Shown: one piece after another, positions 52,502 through 61,521 of the stretch | Numbering within the stretch: position 1 is the stretch's first letter | Layout of the letters: every line of letters begins with the position of its first letter | Assembly (NCBI GenBank): GCA_000004985.1 | Contig: GG738895.1 | DNA from: Naegleria gruberi | Lineage: Eukaryota | Direction: 5' to 3' (one strand) | DNA: 64,000 nucleotides | Made by a program: the position numbers and the translations under genes | The notes under the pieces: generated by a model | Told to the model about the DNA's origin: nothing | The model's database searches: none | The model's input: only the letters and a program-made list of their open reading frames with translations

Positions 52502-53413
52502 TCATTCTTCTGCTGTACAAATCTTTGTTGCACATTCTCCAAAGGATTTCAGGCTTTCCACATGTCCATCCCACGGAAGTAATGAAAGTAATTGGAGTGA
52601 TTGAGAGTCTACCAGAGATACCATTGGTACTATATTACTATTAACATATTCGAATTGAAAAGTCTGATGGTTCCTCGAAGGGGAGTAAACATTGAAATAG
52701 ACTGTTTTGTTTTGGATATAACATTCAATTCCAATGACATCTCCTTCAGTATTCACACTGTGCTCTGAGTATAATTTATAACTACTTGTAACTGTTGCAT
52801 TCGATTTGATACAATAGCCATATAGAATCCATTTATCATATAGTGATGAGACAGCATCCTCTTCAGCAAAACCTACAATTATTGCCCAGCCATTTGATAT
52901 CTTCCAATCATAAGCTGTAAGTACTATGGACCAATAATATATAGTATTCTCTTTTGAGATTTTAAAATCAACACTATGAGAATTCCAAAATCCTGTTGAA
53001 CCTGAAAAAACACTCCTATTACAGTGTGGTGATAATTTGTTAGAATTCTTGAAAACATATCTCTTTAAAAGAGTATATTGAGATTTCAATTTTCCATAAC
53101 ATTGTGCCTCATCCACTTTAACTGTTCCTATCAATTGCTTTTCTGTTTGGAACATTCCTTCTCTAAAATTCAAATATGCTAATCTAAATATTTCATTAAT
53201 TCTATTCACTTGGATTGGACTTTGTTCCAACTCATTGAATTTCTGACTCAAAATTTCTTCATCCATTATTTTCAATTTTGTTTCGATATAGTCCGGAATA
53301 GAAATTACCTGATGGACAATTTTACATGTCGATAGGAGTGAAATAACGGATCGATCATCGAGATGAGGTAAAATTTCAAATTGCACAACATTCGGATCCA
53401 AGAATTGAATCAT
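52502..53413 (-). CDS. F-box-like + SPRY-like domain protein (copy 2 of an inverted pair)
   Basis: The A-tract+ATG at 53413 is the same start as copy 1. The protein is 303 aa with the same stop context (CTAEE*). See 26921..27832. Confidence 0.7.
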   Translation of the reverse strand: MIQFLDPNVVQFEILPHLDDRSVISLLSTCKIVHQVISIPDYIETKLKIMDEEILSQKFNELEQSPIQVNRINEIFRLAYLNFREGMFQTEKQLIGTVKVDEAQCYGKLKSQYTLLKRYVFKNSNKLSPHCNRSVFSGSTGFWNSHSVDFKISKENTIYYWSIVLTAYDWKISNGWAIIVGFAEEDAVSSLYDKWILYGYCIKSNATVTSSYKLYSEHSVNTEGDVIGIECYIQNKTVYFNVYSPSRNHQTFQFEYVNSNIVPMVSLVDSQSLQLLSLLPWDGHVESLKSFGECATKICTAEE

Positions 53414-53581
53414 TTTTTTTTTGAAAATTGTTTTTTCATAGATCAAAGTTCGTTTTTTGTTTTTTACAATGAACAGTTTTTTGTTATAATTTTTAAATAG
53501 TGAATGGAAAAATTACAACAATTTAAGGAGCTAGCCCAAATGTTTACAACATAACACAATAATTTGAAAGTTTTTAAAAAA

Positions 53582-55018
53582 ATGAAAAAAGTTAAAAAAG
53601 TTAAAAAAGTTAAAAAATCGAAAACTGTCAAGTCATTGGCAGTTGAAGATCAAGTGGTCATACAGGCTGGCCTGTTAGCACCGTTATCATCATCGGATGT
53701 TTTGTTTTATCAAATATTACCATGCTTTCCATTAAAATTGTTATTCGAAACAGCAAGATTAGTTTGTAAAGAATGGAATTTATTTATTGTGGGAAATCAT
53801 AATGATGCTGGTCATGTAAAAGAATATTTTACAGGTCGGTACTCTCTGATCATTCCCCGTGAAAAAGAAGAATCTCTGATGACTTGTATTCGTGCTGGAT
53901 ATTTCCGAAATATAATTCAAAAATTACATTTCAAAGCTTTTGATTCATTTTGTAATCCTTCTATTGTTAGAAACTCAGGAGTGATTGAAATGGTTCCACA
54001 AATTAGTTCAACTTTATTGGATGATTCTTTTCCAAATGTTGAGGAAATTATTATTGGAACTGTCAATTCAGATTCTTGTATTATAAGAGAGGGATTTTGT
54101 AAAAACAAACTGGAAAAGTTGAAATTGTTGAAGATGACCATGCAAAGGGACGTGTCAATTTCTGATATATTTTCATGTGATTTTATGCAAAATTTGACAT
54201 GCTTGAATTTGGATAACTGCTTTATTGATTATACAACAGTTTTACAAATTAGTGAATGTCCACTGAAGAACTTGGAGAAATTGTGCTTAGGATATAATTC
54301 AATAACTCAATTGGGAGCTCTTACATTGTCCAAAAGCAAACATCTTTCAAAATTAACATATTTAGATTTGACTTATAATGACATTGGTGATGAAGGGCTT
54401 AGACATCTTTGTGAAAGTGAAACACTGTGTAATATTTCAAATCTATTATTGGAATTTAATGTAATTTCAGAATTGGAGCCTCTTTTACAAAGCTCCAATA
54501 TGAAAAATCTAGCACATTTGAATTTGTATAGATGTAGTTTGAATTTAAAAAGCTTTATGTCATTGATATCTTGCCCTAATTTACCAAAACTTTCAGAAAT
54601 TAGTCTATACCATGCAGGTTTAACAGGAATGCAAGAATTAGAAACTTCTCACATCATAGTATCCAACTCAATCAATCGACTTGATCTATCCTCTTGCAGT
54701 TTAGATGATTTGGGATTTAGGTGTTTGTTAAATTCCCTCAAATACGACTCCATTACTGAACTAAATCTTAGGTACAATGAAATTGGAAATGAAGGATTGT
54801 TGTGCCTAGCTGAATGTCCCTTCCTGACCAATTTGAGGATACTCGACCTATCTGGAAATCCAATAGATGATGAAGGTGCCCTCTACCTGGCACAAAACGT
54901 TCAATTTCCAAATATTAAGGAATTAATTTTAGAGTTTACCAAAATGACCAAAAATGGCAGTGAAAAATTTTCAGAAATTATTTTACAACGATTCCCAAAT
55001 GTTAATTTAACTATTTAA
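53582..55018 (+). CDS. F-box-like + RNI-type leucine-rich repeat protein with N-terminal (KKV)n tract
   Basis: First ATG at 53582. MKKVKKVKKVKKSK comes from a 9-nt DNA repeat. The F-box-like segment is FYQILPCFPLKLLFETARLVCKEWNLFI. It is followed by ~28-aa LRRs (LTYLDLTYNDIGDEGLRHL..., LRILDLSGNPIDDEGALYL). Confidence 0.7.
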   Translation: MKKVKKVKKVKKSKTVKSLAVEDQVVIQAGLLAPLSSSDVLFYQILPCFPLKLLFETARLVCKEWNLFIVGNHNDAGHVKEYFTGRYSLIIPREKEESLMTCIRAGYFRNIIQKLHFKAFDSFCNPSIVRNSGVIEMVPQISSTLLDDSFPNVEEIIIGTVNSDSCIIREGFCKNKLEKLKLLKMTMQRDVSISDIFSCDFMQNLTCLNLDNCFIDYTTVLQISECPLKNLEKLCLGYNSITQLGALTLSKSKHLSKLTYLDLTYNDIGDEGLRHLCESETLCNISNLLLEFNVISELEPLLQSSNMKNLAHLNLYRCSLNLKSFMSLISCPNLPKLSEISLYHAGLTGMQELETSHIIVSNSINRLDLSSCSLDDLGFRCLLNSLKYDSITELNLRYNEIGNEGLLCLAECPFLTNLRILDLSGNPIDDEGALYLAQNVQFPNIKELILEFTKMTKNGSEKFSEIILQRFPNVNLTI

Positions 55019-55099
55019 AAATTTAGTGAGCTCATCTAAATGGAATTTATTTGTGCAAGCAATTCCATTCATTGGAAATCAAGTCAATTTTTCAAAGTT

Positions 55100-56207
55100 T
55101 CATTTTATTCTTGGTAATATTGTTAAAATTATATTTAAAAAGCCTTCAGTTTCAATATTGTTTGCATTGATATTGAGATCTGTTAACTGAGATAAGTGAC
55201 TCAATGATTTGGCACCTTCAGCACCAATATTATTTGTACTGATATTCAAAGTGGTCAATTTGCCTAGTTGACTGATATACATTGCTCCAGTGTTTCCAAT
55301 TTTAGAATAACTAATATTCAAGTCTGTTAATTGTGACATTTCGGATATAATTTTTGCCCCTTCATCTCCAATATAATTACAACTAATATTCAAATTATTT
55401 AAATTTTCCATTTGACTAATGAACTTGACTCCAACTACAGACAAATTTGGACAATTCGAAACATCAAGCTTTGTTAACTGTTTAATTTCACTAATTTTCT
55501 CTACAGATCTATCATTAAGATCAGAATATCTTACACGAAGTGATTTCAAAGTTTTTGATTGTGAAATAACATTCATCTGAAATGTTTCATCATTTTCTAA
55601 TGAAAATGCTGAATAACTCAAATCGAGTGAAATCAAATTTTTCATTCCAAATACAGAAAAAGATCCTGAATATCCAATACGATTGCTACATATATTCAAA
55701 CTAGTCAAGTTTGCCATTGTACTGATATGTTTAGCTCCTTCATCTCCAATTGAATTATAACTCAGATCAAGATTGGTCAATTGAGTCAAATTTTGAGAAA
55801 TTAATTGAGCTCCTTTCGTCCTAATTCTACAAACACTATTCCCAACAAGTTTCAATTCAACAATATTCCCAATAATTCCAGATTTAACAATATTTTCCAC
55901 AATTTTATCCTCAACCTCCAAATCAACAGAAAGTTTTGCCCTATTTTTGATTACTTCATGCCAATTACGAGAAATTAATAAACAACTTTGTATAATCATT
56001 GAAGAATCCAAAAAGGTAAGAATTTCATAACAAATATCATCAGGAAATACTTGATTTCGAAATTATTATATAAAAAATTACATAATTTTAGCAATTACAC
56101 TCACAATCAGGATTGGATTTCATTCCGATAGGTGCATCAATGGATTGTTTCATCTTTTTCCTATTAGAAAAATTATCATCATTTTCCCTTCTTTTTGTTT
56201 TTGACAT
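55100..56207 (-). CDS. F-box-like + 24-residue LRR protein; 2 exons (56105..56207, 55100..56049)
   Basis: Exon 1 has an A-tract+ATG and encodes the basic MSKTKRRENDDNFSNRKKMKQ...SNPD. A GTGAGT donor opens the 55-nt intron 56050..56104 (acceptor TCAAG). Exon 2 starts L-FPDDICYEILTFLDSSMIIQSCLLISRNWHEVI, followed by LRRs such as LTDLNISYSKIGNTGAMYISQLGK. Confidence 0.7.
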
Positions 56208-56411
56208 TTTTTTAAATTTCAAATTAATTTGAAAATTGGAAAATCAAAACATTGTAAACGATTTAATTGGCGGACCATCTCACTTAATAATCAACTCAAA
56301 ACATCCACCTCCCCGACTGCTAATAAGCAGGGATGTTTAAGCGGACTATTGGTCCACCATTCGAATAGACATCAACAAGAATCGAATTTATGTAAACTCA
56401 TCAAAAAAAAA

Positions 56412-57143
56412 ATGCACGACTGTTGTAAGCAAGGACACATTCACACAGGTACTCCAACAGGTACACTCACTCAAATTTCCGGAAGAGAAACCTATGTGAA
56501 AAAACATTCGAATAGTAATGGAAAGGCCATTTTATTTATTCATGATGCTTTCGGATTGCCATTCATTAATAATCAACTCTTGGTTGATACCTTCTCTGAA
56601 GAAGCACAAGCTGATGTTTATTTACCTGATTTTTTCAATGGTGATGGTGTTCCAATTCAAGTCCTGTCAAACATGTCAAGTTTTGATTTTAATCCTTGGA
56701 GAGCTAGAAATGGACGTGATAAATTCCCAATTATTGAAAGTTATACAAGAGCACTGAAAGAACAGGAAGGAATTAAAAAACTTGTAGTAATTGGATTTTG
56801 TTGGGGTGGTTGGGGTTCCATTCAATTAGGTCAATTGGATGATTTGGTGGATGGAGTTGTTTTGGCTCATCCATCAATGCTTGAAATTCCATCTGATATT
56901 GAGGCATTGAAAAAGCCAAGTTTATTCATTTGTGCTGAGGTTGACCATGCATTCTCAGAGGAAGCACGTTTATTATCTCAATCAATTTTGGAAAATAAGG
57001 AAATGGATGCAACATTTAAATTGTGGAATGGAGTGAGACATGGATTTGCAGTTCGTTTTGATACGGAGGATAAGATTGCTGCTCAAGCTGCTGAACAAGC
57101 AAAGGATGAGGCAGTTAAATTCTTTAAGAGAATACTTCAATAA
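56412..57143 (+). CDS. Dienelactone hydrolase family protein
   Basis: A-tract+ATG at 56412. The nucleophile motif VIGFCWGGWG (G-x-C-x-G) and the C-terminal HGFAVR His motif are present. Length is 243 aa. Confidence 0.85.
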   Translation: MHDCCKQGHIHTGTPTGTLTQISGRETYVKKHSNSNGKAILFIHDAFGLPFINNQLLVDTFSEEAQADVYLPDFFNGDGVPIQVLSNMSSFDFNPWRARNGRDKFPIIESYTRALKEQEGIKKLVVIGFCWGGWGSIQLGQLDDLVDGVVLAHPSMLEIPSDIEALKKPSLFICAEVDHAFSEEARLLSQSILENKEMDATFKLWNGVRHGFAVRFDTEDKIAAQAAEQAKDEAVKFFKRILQ

Positions 57144-57322
57144 TTATTTAATACTTATTAGAAATTTATTATATGTAAAGTAACCATTGATATTTAAGTA
57201 TTTACGGAAATGCTTAATATTTGGACCCTTAACTACGGCATTGACAATAAATCAAAAACAAGATGAAATCATCATTGGTTGTGAAACACTTTATTAAGGG
57301 TAATTAAGCAAACGTTAACGTA

Positions 57323-57395
57323 GCCCGTCTAGCTCAGTCGGTAGAGCGCAAGGCTCTTAACCTTGTGGTCGTGGGTTCGACCCCCACGGTGGGCG
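57323..57395 (+). tRNA. tRNA-Lys (anticodon CUU)
   Basis: GCCCGTCTAGCTCAGTCGGTAGAGCGCAAGGCTCTTAACCTTGTGGTCGTGGGTTCGACCCCCACGGTGGGCG folds as a cloverleaf. The anticodon loop is CUCUUAA. A T-rich tract lies downstream. Confidence 0.95.
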
Positions 57396-57695
57396 TTTCC
57401 TTTTAATTTTATTATCTTTGATTTTAGCCAATCAACTGAGGAAAAATCAACTCTTCATAAGGCCATCCTAATTCGAATCAGGTACATAGTTTGCACAAGA
57501 GAAAAAAGTATTATTTTAGAACATGACGGAACATCAAGAATTGTTGTAACACAACATATTAATTGTTTCCTGTTGGTATGGCTTGTCTGGTATCGTTTCT
57601 TGTGTCATATTAATCAGAAAAAACTACCAATATTTTCAGCATCAAATAATCAATTATCATCATCATGATGGAGGTAAAACAAGAAGAAGGTTGGT

Positions 57696-59141
57696 ATGTT
57701 CTCGAGAACAAGGGTTATTTTCAAAATAATAATAATAATAATAATTAATGAATTGCTAATAGAGAATATTATATTTTCGGATGATGTTTGTTTTGAAATT
57801 ATTTCCATGATTGATGATTCGTGGTTTATTTTGAATAATTGTTCTTTAATTTCAAAACAATGGTTTAATGTGATCAAGGATCGTTCAAAACTTGTTATTC
57901 AATTTAAAAAAAAATTAACAGAAAAAAGAGTTGAATTATTAATGAAAAGTCAATTCATGAACAGTATTGTAAATGTTAAGTTTTCTTTTGGGTTGCTTAA
58001 CTCTTCAGATAAACTTAAATTCATAAGTGAAATGAAACATTTAACATCACTTGATATTGCTGACAATCAAATTGGTGATGAGGGATCTAAATTCATAAGT
58101 GGAATGAAACATTTAACATCACTTAATATAGATCGCAATCAAATTGGTGTAGAAGGAGCCAAACTCATAAGTGGAATGAAATCATTAATATCACTTAGTA
58201 TTGGTGATAATCAAATTGGTGTAGAAGGAGCCAAACTCATAAGTGGAATGAAACATTTAACATCACTTGATATAAATCGCAATCAAATTGGTGTAGAAGG
58301 AGCCAAATCAATAAGTAGAATGAAACAATTAACATCACTTAATATATATTACAATCAAATTGGTGCTGAGGGAGCCAAATCAATAAGTGGAATGAAACAA
58401 TTAACATCACTTGATATTGGTGGAAATCAAATTGGTGTAGAAGAATCCAAATACATAAGTGAAATGAAACAATTAACATCACTTGATATATATAACAATC
58501 AAATTGGTGTAGAAGGAGCCAAATCAATAAGTGGAATGAAACAATTAACATCACTTAATATTGGTTTCAATCGAATTGGTGTAGAAGGATCCAAACTCAT
58601 AAGTGAAATGAAACAATTAACATCACTTAATATTGGTTCCAATGAAATTGGTGTAGAAGGGTCCAAATTCATACCTGAAATGAAACATTTAACATCACTT
58701 AATATATATTACAATGAAATTGGTGATGAAGGATCCAAATACATAAGTGAAATGAAACAATTAACATCACTTGATATATATTACAATGAAATTGGTGTGG
58801 AAGGAGCCAAATACATAAGTGAAATGAAACAATTAACATCACTTGGTATTAGTGATAATCAAATTGGTGTAGAAGGAGCCAAATTCATAAGTGAAATGAA
58901 ATTATTAACATCACTTGATATTGCTGACAATCAAATTGGTGATGAGGGATCTAAATTCATAAGTGAAATGAAATCATTAACATCGCTTAATGTTAATTCC
59001 AATCAAATTGGTGATGAGGGAGCCAAACTTATAAGTGGAATGAAACAATTAACATCACTTAAAATATATTACAATCAAATTGGTGAAACTTTATTAATGT
59101 CTGTTATATCAATAACAGCTGAGACCAAATCTTTAGACTAA
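57696..59141 (+). CDS. F-box-like + 24-residue LRR protein (14 full units plus one partial); 5' end uncertain
   Basis: FSDDVCFEIISMIDDSWFILNNCSLISKQWFNVI is paralogous to the 55100 gene, and is followed by a regular LRR array. The ORF-internal ATG at 57696 would translate an (AAT)7 microsatellite as poly-Ile. An alternative is ATGATGGAG (57665) + GTAAAA donor + intron to 57764. Confidence 0.65.
   Translation: MFSRTRVIFKIIIIIIINELLIENIIFSDDVCFEIISMIDDSWFILNNCSLISKQWFNVIKDRSKLVIQFKKKLTEKRVELLMKSQFMNSIVNVKFSFGLLNSSDKLKFISEMKHLTSLDIADNQIGDEGSKFISGMKHLTSLNIDRNQIGVEGAKLISGMKSLISLSIGDNQIGVEGAKLISGMKHLTSLDINRNQIGVEGAKSISRMKQLTSLNIYYNQIGAEGAKSISGMKQLTSLDIGGNQIGVEESKYISEMKQLTSLDIYNNQIGVEGAKSISGMKQLTSLNIGFNRIGVEGSKLISEMKQLTSLNIGSNEIGVEGSKFIPEMKHLTSLNIYYNEIGDEGSKYISEMKQLTSLDIYYNEIGVEGAKYISEMKQLTSLGISDNQIGVEGAKFISEMKLLTSLDIADNQIGDEGSKFISEMKSLTSLNVNSNQIGDEGAKLISGMKQLTSLKIYYNQIGETLLMSVISITAETKSLD
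58010..59090 (+). repeat. 72-nt coding tandem repeat array (LRR units xLTSLxIxxNQIGxEGAKxISxMK)
   Basis: There are 14 full units plus 1 partial unit. Long stretches are shared verbatim between units, for example atgaaacaattaacatcacttgatat and caaattggtgtagaaggagccaaa. Confidence 0.9.
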
Positions 59142-59287
59142 CTAAGATTCTTTGTAGGGATTTGGGTTTGTTGATATTAGGCACCGTACATTGTGTAAAG
59201 CTTCATTTATTTAACTACCTCAATATCTTAAAGTGTGGAGTATTGTGATTGAAACGTTGAAAGATGAGTTTACATAATTCAAACAAT

Positions 59288-60300
59288 TCACTTACAGATA
59301 TCTTCAAGATGGGATCTTGGAGAGAAGATCAGTGGATGCTTTTGCATGTCAATGTAGAGTAAGGAACGATTGGTGCTCATTTCTGGGAATTCCTTTTCCT
59401 CTAAGGAAAGTTTGAAATGTCTGACAGTGTTGACAATTGACATGCAAAGTTCTAAGGTTGCAATTCTACTACCTGGGCATTTTCTTGCCTTAATTCGCAA
59501 GTTATTTGAAGTAATTGATAGAAAACTTACACCAACACCAAATGGACTGTTTACAAATGAACTCTTCATTGCCAATGGTGAATTTCTTTCATGTCTTTCT
59601 GGAATGAATTCTTGAGCTCGTGGCACAAACTCTTCACTCAAACAAGCACGTCTTTGGAGTGCAATAACTGTTGTACCCTTTGGAATATTTTATCCTCCCA
59701 GTTCTGTATCGTTATTGAGTATTCTTGCCAAAATCCAAAGGGATTGAGGCGTAAAACTTCTTCCACAAAGTTTTTAGTGAGCTTTAGTTTCTTGAATTGC
59801 TCTGCATTTACTAATAGACCGTTCTCTGAAGTAACCTCGTCTAAATTTGGCTCTCCAAATACCTCTAATAGTAGTAAAGTTTTTTTTGGTAATCTGGATG
59901 ATGAGCTAATCTGTACATGACATGACTCATCATTGTCATTGTAATGTCCATTGCAGCTTGAAGGAATGAATTCATAACTGTTCATTCTTTGAACGTTCCA
60001 TTAGCAGTTCATACAATCTTGGCTTTTCGCTTGGGTTGACCTTAAACCTGTTCATTACATAATTTGTACATATTCGAATGATTTTTCACAGGTAAATTCC
60101 ATTCTCTTGTATTCTTTTGTTTTAAAATATTGATACATGGATGGTTTTGTCAATAATCTGGATCTTGTGTTGGTTCTAAGTATTTAATTAATCTTCTTAC
60201 ATTCAATTGACTCAGGAGTTACGACTTGATCTTGGAATTCTGGTTTCATGGCAATGTTAAACAATTGCCTCGTCTCTTGCCATGGTTCCTCATATAGCAT
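59288..60300 (-). pseudogene. Cytochrome P450 relic: N-terminally truncated, two frameshifts and one nonsense codon
   Basis: Reading 5' to 3' on the minus strand, the remnants are:
- EPWQETRQLF (W..R region)
- I-helix-like AAMDITMTMMSHVMYRLAHHPDYQKK, with a frame change at a T8/A8 run (59880..59887)
- K-helix EEVLRLNP, with a frame change near 59735..59745
- ELGG-TAA-NIPKGT, with the stop at 59690..59692 where Tyr is expected
- FIPERH
- an intact heme loop FGVG|ARKCPG, split by a 42-nt GTAAGT intron (59489..59530)
The upstream space is occupied by the stop of the next gene at 60321. Confidence 0.7.
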
Positions 60301-60320
60301 TTTGCAAAGCAAATGGATGT

Positions 60321-61418
60321 TTATAGCATGGTTTTTAGAGTGGCAACAGCATAGAGGAATGGAAAGAGAAGGTCATCATCAGAGCACTCTTCTTTGGAGC
60401 TTAATTCAAAATATTGAACTTTGGTTGTGTGAATTGTTTTTTGTTGAGGCTCTGGCTCGACCATTTTTAGAAAATTGTAAATTTCAAGTCTTGTTACTTG
60501 ATGATCGAGATCTGATTTCAATCCGAGTAAGAGGAAACATCTATCATTGATATTGTAATCTGAAATATCTTTGACTGTCATTTCGTGATAAATTTCAATC
60601 ATTTCCTCAAATGATTTATGACTATTCAAATCAAAACAATACACAAAAACATTAGCTCTCGAATAAACAGATTTGAATAGCGATAGATATGTTTGATTTC
60701 CACATGTATCCCAAATCTTGAATGCAAATTCCGTCCCACTTCCATAAAGGTAATGCTTGTCAATTACTGGGAAAGTTATTGAGGGTGTATAATTTTCCGA
60801 AAATGGTAATTGATTAAAAGCTCTATCAATCAAAGTGGATTTACCACACCCTGATGACCCAACAAATATGTATTGGGCACATTGAGGCAATTCAACATCC
60901 TCATCTATTACAAATCTCTTCAGCAAGACATTTTTAACATTTTCATAACTTTCCATATCAGAAAACATGTACAACATTGGACTTTTTCTCCTCAAATCCT
61001 TCCACAGAACTTCAAATCTGGTCCAATACATTAAAAATCTCTTTGAAACTCGTTGCATTCTCCCTATACTTTCCATATCCAAAAATTGTAAAATGTGTAA
61101 AATTATTTCATGAGGAAAATTCGTCAACCAACCATCCTTCTCCTCACCCTGATTGAAATACTCATCATTGCCTCCATATCCTCTCCTAATTCCATTAAAA
61201 ATTCCTATCGGAAGCAATTCTACATCCGAAACAATAGTAGAAAGAATAGATTTCCTCTTGAATCCTCTTGGTAATTCCAACACGGGAAAATGTAGGGATT
61301 TTCCTGTAGAATAAAGTAAATTTTCAGATTGTTCACGGGAGGGGATTTTATTTTCATCTCTTGCTTGGTGATTCAGAGATGATGATGAGGGCGTCTCTGT
61401 TGATGTTTGTTGTCCCAT
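60321..61418 (-). CDS. MG-start + F-box + Rab-like small GTPase fusion protein (copy 2)
   Basis: MGQQTS fits the myristoylation consensus. The F-box reads FPHEIILHILQFLDMESIGRMQRVSKRFLMYW. The GTPase motifs are G1 GSSGCGKS, G3 WDTCGNQTY, G4 GLKSDL and G5 ELSSKE. There is no C-terminal Cys. Confidence 0.75.
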   Translation of the reverse strand: MGQQTSTETPSSSSLNHQARDENKIPSREQSENLLYSTGKSLHFPVLELPRGFKRKSILSTIVSDVELLPIGIFNGIRRGYGGNDEYFNQGEEKDGWLTNFPHEIILHILQFLDMESIGRMQRVSKRFLMYWTRFEVLWKDLRRKSPMLYMFSDMESYENVKNVLLKRFVIDEDVELPQCAQYIFVGSSGCGKSTLIDRAFNQLPFSENYTPSITFPVIDKHYLYGSGTEFAFKIWDTCGNQTYLSLFKSVYSRANVFVYCFDLNSHKSFEEMIEIYHEMTVKDISDYNINDRCFLLLGLKSDLDHQVTRLEIYNFLKMVEPEPQQKTIHTTKVQYFELSSKEECSDDDLLFPFLYAVATLKTML

Positions 61419-61521
61419 TTTTTTATGTTGATTGGTTTACAAAATATGAAATAGTTATGATTGTAATAGTCCAGAAAAGATTTTCAATCACAATATCGAT
61501 TATTGAATTTATTGGTACAAT

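Noticed and set aside
58010-59090. Very regular 72-nt repeats that superficially resemble a repeat-spacer array
   Set aside because: There are no unique spacers. The whole array is one open reading frame encoding canonical LRR units in a eukaryotic gene, so it is not CRISPR.
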